DNA of 59,146 nucleotides, filler included, from Piptocephalis cylindrospora (GCA_003614145.1; 8 parts of 8 records of this genome joined end to end with filler, not necessarily neighbours in it); one strand, 5' to 3'. Counted from the whole stretch's first letter, positions 46,726 through 59,146 are shown. Made by a program: numbers and translations. The notes: generated by a model from the letters alone, not told the origin.

Positions 46726-47985
46726 CTAGGTAACCGCATTGACTCCCACCTGAACAACACCTTGGACGGCCTGGCTGGTGAAGAACCCGGCGGTACCTGA
46801 GACGGCTTTGAGAGCACCCTTGCTCACCACTGTCTTCATACCATTCTGGACCATCTTGGCTTCAGCTGACTTGACCACTTTGCCCACCCCGGATCCCACA
46901 GCGGAACCGATGAGACCTCCCACAGCCCCTCCAAAAGCCCCTCCTACGGCGGGAAGGATGGCATCGTGAGCATGGTTACGAATGGATTGCTTCAGGGCCT
47001 TGGCCGACTTGGGTCTCTCATGCTTGATGCCCGACAGATGGTCTTGGTACCGCTGCCGCATCTCATTCTGCACCATACCTCCCGTGGCCCCCCCCGCCAT
47101 ACTGGCCCCAATGATCCCCAGGGGTCCTCCCAAAACTGCGCCCATGGCCATACTCACCCCGAACCCAGTAGCCCAGGAGGCAAGGGGCGCCTTTTTCCGG
47201 TGTAGATAATCGGTAAAGCCAGATGAGCCATCCTTATTCCGGGTCCTCCACTTCTTCCATTGCTCCCGTGTTTTTTTTCGGATGGTTCGACCAGCTTGGC
47301 GAAAGTGAGTGCGATCCCATCTCCAAGGGAAGACCGTGTCGTCCTTCTCATGAGGAGATCCCTCACCCTGACCATCCGATGGGTCTGTGAGGTTTGATAT
47401 ACTAGTCCGAGGGGGCTCCACGATAGTCGGTAATGGCGGTCTATGGGGTCGGGGTGGGATAAGATCCGGGTCATATACTTCCTCTGGCGGGACATCCGGT
47501 AAGAGGCCATACTGGTCCGAGGAAACCATATTTTCCCTTCCGAGGTCTTTGGGGGTATCGATAGTATGTGTGGGTAAATGAAGACCATCAAGGATAGAGG
47601 ATGAGGGTGAGGGCAGGAGATTAGTGGGCTCCGATGTTTCCGTTACGACATGAGACTTTGATGAGGAAGGAGGCAAGAGAGCGGTTGGATCCGAGGCCTC
47701 ACTCGAGGCATGAGTCTTTGATAAGGGAGGGGGGGTAGGTAAAGCCAATGTGTGATCGAGAACAAGCGTGGTCAGGGAAGGAGATGATGTGTATGAGGAA
47801 ATGATGTCAGGGATATTCGTGGTATCATCGGCTAATGGGACACCACCAGGCAAGAGTTCGTCCGTTGAGACAAGATTCTTTGGGGGAGAAGGAACTTGGG
47901 AGATAGGTGGTGCCCCAGCAACATGAACTGGTACCGAGAGCAGGAGTAGGAGGGTGACGCACACTTCGACTAGGACTGGGGACAT
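46726..47985 (-). CDS. Orphan secreted protein with S/T/P-rich stalk and C-terminal glycine-zipper hydrophobic helices
   Basis: Signal peptide VCVTLLLLLSVPVHVAG; GAVLGGPLGIIGASMAGGATGG and GGAFGGAVGGLIGSAVGSGVG. Confidence 0.75.
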   Translation of the reverse strand: MSPVLVEVCVTLLLLLSVPVHVAGAPPISQVPSPPKNLVSTDELLPGGVPLADDTTNIPDIISSYTSSPSLTTLVLDHTLALPTPPPLSKTHASSEASDPTALLPPSSSKSHVVTETSEPTNLLPSPSSSILDGLHLPTHTIDTPKDLGRENMVSSDQYGLLPDVPPEEVYDPDLIPPRPHRPPLPTIVEPPRTSISNLTDPSDGQGEGSPHEKDDTVFPWRWDRTHFRQAGRTIRKKTREQWKKWRTRNKDGSSGFTDYLHRKKAPLASWATGFGVSMAMGAVLGGPLGIIGASMAGGATGGMVQNEMRQRYQDHLSGIKHERPKSAKALKQSIRNHAHDAILPAVGGAFGGAVGGLIGSAVGSGVGKVVKSAEAKMVQNGMKTVVSKGALKAVSGTAGFFTSQAVQGVVQVGVNAVT

Positions 47986-49148
47986 GAATTGGGTACTGGT
48001 GGATGTGGCGGGACAAAGACGAGAGCTGTGGAGGTGAGGATGGCAAGAGACACAGACGCATCCAAGAATAAGGTCGTAGCAGATAGAGGGGTAGAAGGTG
48101 GTAAGTGAGATGTAAAAGTAAAAAAGAGGAACTAGAAGGGAGATGCGACAGGGTGGGCATAGATGTATTCGGGAGGCCGAGCCTTATCTTAAGGACGACA
48201 CCACCACCATCCAAGTGGTGAGCCCAGGGAGTACACAAGAGGGGAGGACACCGAGATGTCCTCCCCTTTAAGAGGATCCATATTGGGGCGGTTGTATACG
48301 AGGAGCGCTATCTTCCTGGCTAAACCTCGTGGTGAGTATAGGTGAAAGTGTGGGGTAAGGCAAGGGGTGCTGAGGCTCAGAGTCGGAGTTGTAATGATGA
48401 GCTCTAGGAAGCAGCACTGTAAGGGCCAAGATAAGAAGGGTCTTAGTCACGGATGAGAAGTGCTCAAATGTGGGGGGGTAAGGTTGGACAGGGCTGACGA
48501 GGACAAAGAACGTGGCCAGGACAAATGGGGCCATATAGGCCAGGGCAAATGGGGCCATATAGGCCAGCTTAAAGGGAGAAGAGAGGAGAAAGATGCATGA
48601 GAACCAGCCAAGGTCATCTAAAACCATGGCTTGCCCAGGATATGAATATCCTTTTCTCAGTAGGGCGACACAAGTCTACCTGGTAGTATCACACAGTCTG
48701 AGCCATTCTCCAGGAAACTCAACGACCATGGGGTCATTTTTCCGAGCCATTCTTCAGAAATAGAAGGATCACTTTCCCTCTCCTTCTCTCAGAAATAAGA
48801 GACATGTCGTATGGCCATGAGTGGACAAGGAGGGTGGGAAGCAAGCGCCATTGGAGAGTTGTATATGTCCATCCGCGAATCTCAATCATCCTCTATCCTC
48901 AATGGACTCCCAATTTCTCCCTCATTCAACCATAACCAAGAGAATGATAAGATCAAGTCGTTTGCTCTATCTTTTACGTATTAACAAAAGACTGTATGCA
49001 TCGGCAATTACACCCTTCCTCATCGCAATGCACATACACATACACACACACAAAGACAGATCGTGGAGATCAATCCCAACCTCCTGTACTACCCATCTCG
49101 CTCCCTTCTTTCCTTCTGCGCCCAGCCCCTCACAGACACTCCTCTCCC

Positions 49149-49650
49149 ATGTCTAGCCAAAGGGTTCATGTCAGCTTTACTGCCCCGGACGACTACACGG
49201 TCCCCTCGTTCCCCAGCCTGTACTGGCCACCCACCGGCCAAAACCATCGGAATGACCTGTATGATATTTACAATATCTGGCTCTTCACCATGTGCTGGAC
49301 CGTCATCGTCTTCTTTAGTATCTACGGAAGCACCGGTCTCTGGGCCGTCTGGGTCTTTAGACACAAGTCCCGTGCTGCCATCCTCTCCCCGGTCATCCTC
49401 TCCTCCCTCGCCTGTCTTGGGGCCTTTATCAGCGGCTCGGTCATTGGTAAGCCCAAGCGATGGGGGCAACACTAGACCCTGAGCCTATCTGTTCCTTACC
49501 CCGTCCCTTCAACCCATAGGTCTATGTCTTGGTCTCATCTACACAGCTGGTCACTATTCCATGTCCACTTGGGTCCCTTTCCTATGGGCCATCATTCAGG
49601 CCCTTGTTAGTATCATGGGCGCCTACTCAACCATGACAAGCATCCTTTAG
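49149..49650 (+). CDS. TMEM170-family small membrane protein; intron 49447-49519
   Basis: PSFPSLYWP, LYDIYNIWLFTMCWT, GSVIGLCLGLIYTAGHYSMSTWVPFLWA. Confidence 0.85.
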
Positions 49651-49910
49651 GCATGATTATCTCCCTCCCCCCCCTCTATGTCCATACCTTTTCCCACTTA
49701 CTTGGCCCCCTCCGTTCGAAACGTAGCCTAGCCTAGCGTTTTCCCTTGTCTTGAAGCAGGTCATACTTTTACATGTAACATGAATAGATTGTGTACGCTA
49801 TCCTTTTTATCCCCAATCAAGATTTCAATATTAAGCTGGGTGATGAGTAATTCAACGCTTTATTCACTCAATCGTTTACTCCTCCTGTAAACGCCTAATG
49901 ATCTTGGAGC

Positions 49911-51782
49911 TCAGGCATGGGAGCTAGGGAGCGCTTGATCTTCATGAATGGTCTTGACACCAGAAGTGGAAAATGAGGTTGAAGTGGCAGTGGCAGAGGA
50001 AAAAGTGAGGGTGATACACTCTTCGTTCTTGCAGGTGACTTTGGTACTTGTAGAAGAAGAGGACTTTGAACTGGAGCTGGTCTTGGAGAATTTGACGACC
50101 TTGGCCGAGGCCGTCTTACCCGAATGGCACATGGACTTGGCGACGACAGGGCTCCCGAAGAGCTTGGCAGCATTAGTGGCGACAGTGTCATCATTCATGG
50201 TTGCTTGATCCACCATACTACGCAAGGCAGCTCGAATCCGACTGAGGCACTCGGCGGTCTCGGCGAACATGCCAGTACCAGCAGCGGCGGAGCCGTAGTT
50301 CTCGGGAGTGGTAAGGACGGTGTACGAGTTGTCCACATCCCGAGTTTGGCCACGGTACGACCCGGTGAACTTTTTGGCTAGAAGGGCCAGCTTGGACATG
50401 GCGTTGGGCTGATTGTAAAGGGCCGAAACGGAGATATACCCTTCAATGGCATTGACTTGGTTGGCAAAGGGAATAGACTTGGCCTCGACAGCCCGGACAC
50501 GGGCCTCAGGAATCATATTCCTGACTATGTAAGCCTTGGGCAAGGGTTCGGGAGTTCGGATTTGTAGGACGTTCTCAATGTCGTCGGCCTTCACGTTCAA
50601 ACCTTGGGTAGCGGGGGTTCCAGTAAGTTCCCGCTTGTACAGGGCCCGAAGGCTTTCCTGGATCTGATCCTGAGTTAGGGACCTACGGTTGTTCCTACGG
50701 CTCCCACTACCCTCTGCATCATCTCCGTCACTACTTCCACCACTAGCTCCTCCTCCACCATTCAAGGAGAATTGCTGGTATGTGTAACAGAGGTTACGGG
50801 TGTCCATGACATCTGCAGCTCTCATATCCCAGTTAACGAGGCGAGTGTTACCGTTGATGGGGTTACCGTCATGATCATCTCCGTCTACAACATGCCCAAC
50901 ATCAGGGTGGGCCAGAGACCACTCAGAGAAGATCATATCAATGTAGGCGTGATGAGCATAGAAGAGGGGATCCCCGGGGGCGTTGCCCAAGTTGCTCATG
51001 ATCCCACCAAGGTTGTTATGGACCGTGTCATGCATCGGGGTAAGGGTTTCGACAAGATCGGCATACGATTCCGTCGAGCTGATCATCGACTGTATATACT
51101 CTACACCGTGGAAAGCGCTTATGGTCCGGCCCTTGTTGAACTCGCGGGTGATGCACCCATCACCAGGCTTCACGGGGGCCCAGTCGGAAAAGGCTCCGTC
51201 CTTGACACAATGGTCCCGCCCGGAGCCATTTGATCCAAAGTACGCATCGGACAGAACGTCGCTAGAGCCTGGAGACTGAGAGTCGTAGCCCTCATCCCAG
51301 AACGGGATACGCACGTTTCCGCCTCCGTTGTTCAGGGCTTTCTCGTACATGTAGAGGTAAGCACGATGCCAGACGAGGAAGATGGCATTATAATGAATGG
51401 CCTTACGGTTGTCGTTGTGAACGGCGGCAAGCTTTGTAAATTCACCACTTCTCTGTATGCGTTTGACTGCAGACACATAGGCGTCCCACTCGGATTGCGA
51501 CATGTCCCGGACTTCCTTCCGGGGAAGGACATCTCCGCAGTTCTGGGGCCGGCCGGTACTACCCGAGGATGAGGTAGAGTTTCCTGAGGGTGAGGTAGAA
51601 GTAGAGTTACCTCTGGATCCGGACTGCCCATCACCGCTCTGGTCATCAGAGTTTCCCTCACCATCATTGCTCCTACCACTTCCACTATCATCGTTGCCAC
51701 TGTTTTCATCTTCACCACTGGCGTTATCTTCACCGCTGGCGTCTTCATTTCCACTATCGTCGCGATTCTGATCCCTGCCACC
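49911..51782 (-). CDS. Tyrosinase (type-3 di-copper), 5' truncated, with D/G/S-rich linker before the catalytic domain
   Basis: RKEVRDMS, CuA H...IHYNAIFLVWHR, PFWD, CuB HDTVH...GDPLFYAHHAYID, YTY; frame open to the contig edge. Confidence 0.93.
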   Translation of the reverse strand, partial: GGRDQNRDDSGNEDASGEDNASGEDENSGNDDSGSGRSNDGEGNSDDQSGDGQSGSRGNSTSTSPSGNSTSSSGSTGRPQNCGDVLPRKEVRDMSQSEWDAYVSAVKRIQRSGEFTKLAAVHNDNRKAIHYNAIFLVWHRAYLYMYEKALNNGGGNVRIPFWDEGYDSQSPGSSDVLSDAYFGSNGSGRDHCVKDGAFSDWAPVKPGDGCITREFNKGRTISAFHGVEYIQSMISSTESYADLVETLTPMHDTVHNNLGGIMSNLGNAPGDPLFYAHHAYIDMIFSEWSLAHPDVGHVVDGDDHDGNPINGNTRLVNWDMRAADVMDTRNLCYTYQQFSLNGGGGASGGSSDGDDAEGSGSRRNNRRSLTQDQIQESLRALYKRELTGTPATQGLNVKADDIENVLQIRTPEPLPKAYIVRNMIPEARVRAVEAKSIPFANQVNAIEGYISVSALYNQPNAMSKLALLAKKFTGSYRGQTRDVDNSYTVLTTPENYGSAAAGTGMFAETAECLSRIRAALRSMVDQATMNDDTVATNAAKLFGSPVVAKSMCHSGKTASAKVVKFSKTSSSSKSSSSTSTKVTCKNEECITLTFSSATATSTSFSTSGVKTIHEDQALPSSHA

Positions 51783-52233
51783 NNNNNNNNNNNNNNNNNN
51801 NNNNNNNNNNNNNNNNNNNNNNNNNNTTAATTAATTAANNNNNNNNNNNNNNNNNNNNNNNNNNNNNNNNNNNNNNNNNNNNTCATCCTAACAACAAGAG
51901 ATACGTATATGGCTCAACTTCTAGTCTCGGTTCTCATATAGTAGCTAGAAAGCCAATCAAAATCAACTTTACCCAGTAATATTCTTTTTTAAAAGTAGGA
52001 TTTGGATGATCTCGTATTAACCATATCGAATATTAAACACTTCACATTTAAGCGCAGTATGGTAATCTTAACAGAAATTTAATCAAGCAATCTGCCAGTA
52101 CAAATACAGCAGCATTGGTGCCAGAAGATTCCATCCCATCCTATCTCATCAAATCAAGCTATTACTAACTTATTATCTACACATGCAAAAGTAGTAATAA
52201 TACATCCACTCACAGGATTTACAAAATACCACT

Positions 52234-55200
52234 TCAATGGATGGATATGTCTGCACTCTTATCACGAGCCACCGAACCAGCTGACGCAGTATGAGGACTG
52301 GGTACATTGGAGCAGGTACTATGGATGGTATACTGGCCCCTCATTCGACTCTGGATGATTGACTTTTGTGACCTTTTAGCCTTCATCCCCGTGGAAGCCT
52401 CTACTGGGCCAACCTTTCCTCCGCGTGGGCGGAAGATAGACTTTAAGCGTGATGAACCCTTAGAGCCAGCATGTTCTCCACCTTGTGCGACCATATCCCG
52501 AGGAGCGGCAAGTTCTGTCCTCTTTTTCAACTCCTTGGCGTTCTCATCCGCTTGCTTCCGTTCATCATTCATACCTTCATCCGCTGGCCTTTCATACCCT
52601 TTGGTCCTCTTGCACCTCTTCAAGGCACGCTTAAATAATCCGGAGGTCTTGAAAGTACCGGCTCTCGATTCATCAGATGCCTCCTTAGCCCCCTCTCCAT
52701 TTCCTAAGGCAGACTTGTAACCATCCAGCCTGGATATTGTCGACTGCTCAGACAAATCATCCTCACGGTGTCGCTTTTTGCCCCAAGCCTCGGATACCGA
52801 AACGCTTTCGGGCTCATCCTCTGAGGGTAGTGAGCCTACACGAAGGACTGGAAGCCATCTATTGCCAATCTTCATCATCTTGGGCCTTCGAAGCTTGATC
52901 CTCTTACTCTTCTTTGATCGAGCCAAGGGATTCTTCAACTTTTCCTTTCCCTTCAATTTGCTCCCACCACCCTTCTTCGCTTTTACATCCTCCATCACCT
53001 CGCGTCCACTTGTAGTTGTGCCTTTTCTTAACTGGCCTGCATCCTTTCCTACAGATCCCAGTCTAGCTGGCATATGCGCCTTAGGGGCTCCAAGAATTTT
53101 TGAAAGGGAAACCACAGAAGTAGAAGAAGGTTTGCTCTTTGAAAAGCGCTTGCTTACTCTAAGGCGAGTAAGCAAGCTTTTCTTGGAGGCAGGCGCAATT
53201 GGAATCGCATTAAAAGAGAAGGCTTTTCTAGCCTCAATGCCTTCCTCATCACAGAAATTCAACCGTTGTTTCTCCTCATCTACTTGATCGTCCGTTAATG
53301 ATGGAAGGGTTTTTAGTCCCTTTTCCATCAAGTACCATTCCTTCCCCATATCACCCACGACGGAAGGCTCACCTCTGATAGTGGCTTCCAAGCCTTCCAG
53401 TTGGTTGCCCATTTTCTCCTCCGCGCTAACCTCCATCCGAGAGGATATCTTATCGATAAAATTTCCACCAATTTCTCCTTCCTCTATAACCTGGAAAGGC
53501 TGATACAACGCAGAGGAGGGGGTCAGACCATCGTCGTCATGCGGAGCCGAGTCCCACCAGATAACACTCTTTTTGGTTTTAGTGGAAGCAGCTATTGAAT
53601 TCTCAGACTGCTTTCGTAAGATACTTCGAGGCGCTTTCTTGGGAGAGGGCAGGCGTCGTTCCTGAGGAAACTCGCGGTTATTAGGTACTAAAAATATCCA
53701 AGTTGCAATTATAGTTAGTGTCTTGGTTAAAGAAGTTGCTAAAATTAATCCTTCATGTACTTACCGTCTTCATCTAATAAGACCTTGGAGGAGTGTGGGC
53801 TACATCCCTGTTGAGTGACTCCTTTAAACCACCATAGAAGCCCTTTTGCATCCATAAAATGCATGCACTTCCGCCATCTCTGGTGTCGTTTAATGGAAGA
53901 TGGGGAAGGGGGAGCCATGGTGTTCAGGACACATTTGTGCTGCCGTAGATTGGAAAGATATTTTCCAAATATCCCAGATTTCGCTCTCCTTAGCTTTCGT
54001 TTAATTTCAGGAGGGTTAGAAATATAACTAAAGTATCCAGTGTCATCTGGTATCGGAGACATAAGGGCTAACAGAGCCAAGAATTCATCATCAGAGAGTA
54101 AAGGCTGTGATCCTGATAGGGAGATGAGGGCCAAGAGAGTTTCGTTTGAAAGAAAGGATGGGGCCTCTGGCATCGGTTGAGGACCCATAGGCCTGGGAAA
54201 GGAGTACATCGCCAGGGACTCCTCATCCGTGAATAATGACTGAGCCTCGTGCATATCTTGGGGATCCATCAATCCAGATAAGGTGACTCCTGGGACAGCT
54301 TGGATTCCAGGGAAGGAAGCCATTGCCAGGAGTTCTTCATCTGTGAATAATAGTTGAGTCTCATGCATCATTTGAGGATCCACAAATCCAGGTAAGATAT
54401 GTTCCGGGACAGTTGGAACTCCCGGGGAGGAACAAATTGCTATGAGCTCCTCATCCGTGAGGGATACTTCAGAAGCATTCTCCGCCAAGGCTAAGGTCAA
54501 CCAGTTGATATCCTCTATGCACCCGGGATCCAGGGGAAAAGACACACAAGGAGCCATAGTACTATGTGCATTTTCTTGGCCACATAATGAGGAAAGGACA
54601 GGTATTGTTTGGCTGCCTTTTTGGTTTGAGACATCTCCGGAAGCCTGGTAGAATAGAGAAGATGTTGGTCCAGCAACATTTTCCTCCGCCAGGATTTTCA
54701 CGCTAGATGTTTCTACATCTGTTGCCTCCACATTCAATTCTTCCACTAACCACTCCTCCGTCTCCAATTCCTCCATCAACCATTCCTCTACCTCCAGCTC
54801 TTCTTGCCTAAGACGCACTTCTACTATTACTATCTCAAACTTCCATTCATCTTCCTCTAGTTCTTCTTCCTCCATTACCAATTCCTCATGCTCCAGCGTC
54901 AGCTCCTCAGACTCAAACTCCCTATCCTCCACCGCCAATTTCCCAGTGTCGAGCTCCCAGTTATCTCCCGCCAATTCCTCATCATCCGCCGCCAACTTCT
55001 CAGATTCAAACTCCCTGTCCTCCACCGCCAATTTCCCGATATCGAGCTCCCAGTTCTCAGCCTCCATTTCGTCGTCCTCCGCCGCCAACTCCTCAGACTC
55101 AAACTCCCTGTCCTCCACCGCCAATTTCCCAGTGTCGAGCTCCCAGTTATCTCCCGCCAATTCCTCATCATCCGCCGCCAACTTCTCAGATTCAAACTCC

Positions 55201-56258
55201 CTGTCCTCCACCGCCAATTTCCCGATATCGAGCTCCCAGTTCTCAGCCTCCATTTCGTCGTCCTCTACCGTCGATTCACAAATCTCCAGCTTCTTTTCTT
55301 TCGTCACCAATTCACCTGCTTGCATCTTCCCAACCGTTTTCATCTCTTCCTCCGCCACCAGGTTTTTATACGCCAGTATGTCTTCTTTATCTCCCTGTTT
55401 TTCCGGATGATAGGCCTTGTTCGTCTTATAGCGAGTTTCCATCCAATACTTGGTGTAGGCCTTGCCATCAAAAGAGCTTCTCGCATAATTGCTCTGATGG
55501 CAACCAAGCGTCTTGAGCTTTCTCAGACGGGACGTTCGCTTTACAAAGAGAATCTTGAGGCGTAAATAAGTAAGCATCATTGTTACGTTGCTTACAATTG
55601 GGTCCGACGTAATGGAAGACGAGAATGTCTGTGACTGGGGGAATGCGAAGGCAGCTCGCGACTCTTCTTGGGAAAGGTAAGGAAGGTTGGCACAAAAATT
55701 GACGGGTAATTCAGGTGTCTGCTCCTACTCCATGATGATTACGGGAAAATTGTAATTAATCGCATTATATGTCTTGCACTTTGATAATTACTTCTCTCAA
55801 TAAGCATCATCATTTCAATAAGCCCTTACCTTGTGCATTTTCTTGGAAGGAGCAAATGTGTAAATGGATGACAGTTCCACATTATACATAGTAATGGTGC
55901 CCTGGATTAGGTGAATGGAACCATAAGTTAACTTGATCAGGATATAAATAGTGAGCAGAGCCAAGATCAGAGCAGTGACAACAGAGAGGTGGAACGGCGC
56001 GGAGTGCCCTTCCAGGAGATCTGCTGTGTACTTGACGGTGGCCAGAAGGTGCGAAACCGGGCAGTCAATCATGTGCTGGAGGCCTTCGACGATGGATAGA
56101 GGTGTATCGAGAAAGGTCTCGCCAATGATCAAGAGATGAAAGAGCATCTCTATCAGGAGATCCATACAGTCGCTCAGAAGGGTGTACATGCTATAAGGAT
56201 GTGTGCAGATGAAAGTGGGAGAAAGCGTTTTTCGGGGGAGGTTCGCAGGATACGGCAC
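52234..56258 (-). CDS. Orphan ~1280-aa protein in three exons (56258-55830, 55724-53765, 53687-52234): N-terminal hydrophobic helix, acidic repeats, basic C-terminus
   Basis: GTAAGG...TAG and GTAAGT...ACTAAC...TTTAG introns join ORFs 55815-56258, 53745-55580 and 52234-53508 in frame with no stops. Confidence 0.65.
54895..55270 (-). repeat. Coding higher-order tandem repeat: 2 x 186 bp (4 x 93 bp)
   Basis: NWELD(I/T)GKLAVEDREFESE(K/E)L four times; near-identical nucleotide blocks offset by 186 bp (54961 vs 55147). Confidence 0.92.
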
Positions 56259-57502
56259 GGGCGTGGTGAAAGTGATTCACAGGATATACTTGGAATGATG
56301 ATATGTGCAGATGAGGAGCTGGCCGCGGAAGTCACACAATGGAGGGGACAGGGAGCGAAAATGGATTGAAAACGAATTGACAAAGAGTGACTGAAGCGAC
56401 AGAGGGGAATGAACACTTGATAAAGAAAGTGCGAGGAGAAGAGGAATTAAACAAAACGAACGAAAGGGTGAGGGAGAAAAGAAGAAATGAAATGGTGGTG
56501 GGTGCGGTGGGGGAGGAGTAATGCTCTTTTAACTGTGCGGAGGACTTGCTTATTTACACCTGGGCGCAGTTGCGTGACGCGTCAAAAGTCTTGGCATTCT
56601 TCCACAACGCTTCGGTGCGTCGCACAATGGCGACGCTTTTCTCGCGGAACCCGCCGACTGTAAATACGTGAGCATGAACCGTGGCCTCTTTCACTTCGTT
56701 TTTGGAGCTTATCTTAGGTGGGAGAGGGGTTGATTAAAGTATGTGAGCTATGCTACATTAGTTGTGCCAAAAGAACGGGGCGGTGGATTGGCCAGTAGAT
56801 GAAGTTAGCCCCACCAAAGAGAAGCACAGATATACACTCAAGCTGTTCAACTTTTAGAGAGCATCCAAGCTACAGCCTGGGCGAGAGTCCATGCTAAGTC
56901 TTCAATAGGTCAGACGTTTCTAGTGAAACCAGAGCCTATATTCTGATCCACATGATTGCATCGCCCTGAATTTGATCAGATGTCAGAAGGTGAAAAATCC
57001 AACGACTATGGGGTGTCTGGATGAATTATGGGATATTTCAATGAAGATATATTAATGCTCCCAAAGTCTCTGGAGCCCTTAGGGCTGGCATGGGGCTAGT
57101 TCGCGGGAGGGAGCGGGGCGTTGGGAAAGGTCTATACTAGAGAGGGCCAGAAAGCTATCATGGGGAGGCAATAAAGAAGGCGGTGAAGGGTGCCCTGGGC
57201 GATTGATAGATATTTAGGATGGTGGGGAATGTTGGTGGAGCTGGGCTTGTCCAAGAGTGGGGCAACTGATAAACCCTGATATTTTGAGCGTTTTAAAAAC
57301 CGGCGACAGGATTGGCCCCTTTTCACAATGGGCGAAAGGACGCGTCCTTGCCAACTCCGCTGATGTGTTGTCCACCTTGATTCTCTCTTGTTCTGCAAGC
57401 CACTGCCGCGACTTGCGATAGGCAACGAAAAATACGCGCAAGGAAGAATCAACAATAAAGCGTCTTCTCATCTTTCTGCTCTCCTTACCCAATATATTCA
57501 TC

Positions 57503-59146
57503 ATGGGTATTTCCGGTCTCCTCCCGGCACTAAAAGCTGTCCAGGAAAAAGTTCACGTCTCCGCCTACTCTGGAACTCGGGTAGCGGTGGATGCCTATGT
57601 ATGGTTGCATCGTGGGGTGCTAGGGTGTGCTACTGACCTTGCTCTGGGACGCGATACGAAACGGTAAGTGAGGAGGTTAGGTTATTATTATCAAGGCCAT
57701 TATCCGTTTCTCATGACCCGCTCTTTCGCCCTTCAGATATGTAAATTACTGCATGGAACTTGTAGGCATGCTTCGACATCACGGGGTTAAACCGGTCTTA
57801 ATATTTGATGGAGGCCATCTTCCTGCCAAAGCGTCCACGGAGCAGGAGCGGTATGAGTAAGTGGATGGGTTTCGCGTATGATCATGGCCATTATTCTATG
57901 ATATCTCTTCTCATTCCAAGATCTTGTGATAGTAAACGACAAAAATCCTTGAAGGAAGGCCTTGCTCTACATAAAGCTGGTCGGGAGCGGGAAGCAGCGA
58001 AAAAATTTCAAACGGCCATTGACGTTACCCCCGTCATGGCCCGAGATTTGATCTTGGTAAGTTTGAGCCATATGTCCCTTTTCTACCCCCCATCTATGAA
58101 TTACTCATGGAATCACTGATATCTAAACGAACATATAGGAACTGAAGAAGATGAACGTAGAATATGTGGTAGCGCCTTATGAAGCCGATGCTCAGATGGC
58201 TTATTTGGCCAGGGCTGGTCAGGTCTCCGCGGTCATTACCGAAGATTCTGATCTTCTCGTCTATCAATGCCCTCGGGTAAGCATCTTTCTGCTCCCCTCC
58301 CCCTCTCCCTATGCACCATTCACCTTCATCCCCATTCGCTATGACTCTAGGTGCTGTACAAGATGGATAGATATGGAGATGGATATCAGGTACTGTATGA
58401 TAATATTGCTCGAGTCCAGCAGCCAATGGATTTGTCCCACCTATCCCCCAAGGCCTTTCGGTACATGTGCATTCTAAGTGGATGCGATTACGCAGCCTCG
58501 ATCTATTCCATGGGCCTGAAAAGGGCGTACAAATACGCCATTGCCCACGAGACCCCCGAAGCCATCGTACGAGCCGCAGAACGGGATGGAATGGTGGTTC
58601 CTTCAGGGTACCTGCAGACTTTCCACTTGGCTAATCACACCTTTCTCTACCAACGAGTTTGGGATCCTAAGGAGGGTCAGTTGACCTCGGTGGAGTCTCC
58701 GATCCCCCTGGACATATCTACTCAGCCTTACATTGGGGCCTTGATGGATGCAGAGCAGGCAAGGGGAGTGGTGGAAGGCCGAGTGGATCCGATGACACTT
58801 CAGCCCTTCCCTACAGCCCTTGTGCCCACATGGCCCAGGGTAGGGCTATCGGTGGTTGCGACCAGTAGGGAGAAGAAGGCGATCGGGGCCCTTGTAAAGC
58901 TGGAGTCTGAGGATGGGAGCATGGATGAGAATAAAGAAGGGGCCAAGGAGAAGAAGAAGGGAGGGGGTCAGGTAGAAAGGAGGAATGAGCTGGCCATTTG
59001 CCAACCCATGCCAACAAAGCCCCGGGTAAAACAATCTACTCTGATTCCTGGCCGACTAACCCCGGTAATCCCTCATCCTCAGTCGGCTCCTCCACCCCGG
59101 ACCGTCGAGGGTTTGGCTCATACGCTTGAAAAATCCTCCCGGCTGA
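57503..59146 (+). CDS. EXO1: Exonuclease 1 (XPG/Rad2 family), 4 introns, 3' truncated
   Basis: [75 protein letters not shown]. Confidence 0.95.

Noticed and set aside
48268..48627. 119-aa hydrophobic ORF with a 24-bp tandem repeat (LAYMAPF)
   Set aside because: The repeat is real (about 48514-48567) but coding status is unsupported.
7354..51882. Regularly spaced TTAATTAATTAA motifs and gene neighbourhoods across them
   Set aside because: Artificial linkers between size-sorted contigs; no cluster or synteny can be inferred across them.

Overview
Eukaryotic, fungal-type DNA with short (about 55-110 nt) GT-AG introns and compact genes. By inference it is an early-diverging fungus, possibly a Zoopagomycota mycoparasite from a fragmented or amplified assembly. 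The window is not contiguous: eight contigs of steadily decreasing length (7353, 7341, 7320, 7308, 7307, 7286, 7267, 7264 bp) are joined by artificial 100-bp N44-TTAATTAATTAA-N44 linkers, so adjacency across linkers means nothing. Recognisable genes: SHPRH/Irc20-like RING-SNF2 (3' part), YJU2B/CCDC130, a PHD + Rua1/DUF4451 protein, NTA1, a ZGRF1-type helicase, a 3-hydroxyacid dehydrogenase, NSRP1/CCDC55, a LisH-CTLH-WD40 protein, NAB2, a Sel1-repeat protein, adenosine kinase, CBP3, SYS1, IPA1/UBE3D, TMEM170, tyrosinase and EXO1, plus several orphan or secreted proteins. The most unusual part is contig 3 (14895-22214). It is a largely AT-rich transposon nest bounded by two copies of a chromovirus-type LTR; one copy has a chromodomain ORF end and polypurine tract that the ORF track misses. 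It also holds diverged LTR-derived units, a fold-back element, a degenerate ~320-bp tandem array and a pseudogene. Other highlights are a 73-bp inverted templated replacement that disrupts YJU2B as assembled, a pseudogenised ~690-codon secreted protein, and a glycine-zipper secreted protein. No CRISPR array, rRNA or tRNA gene was recognised.
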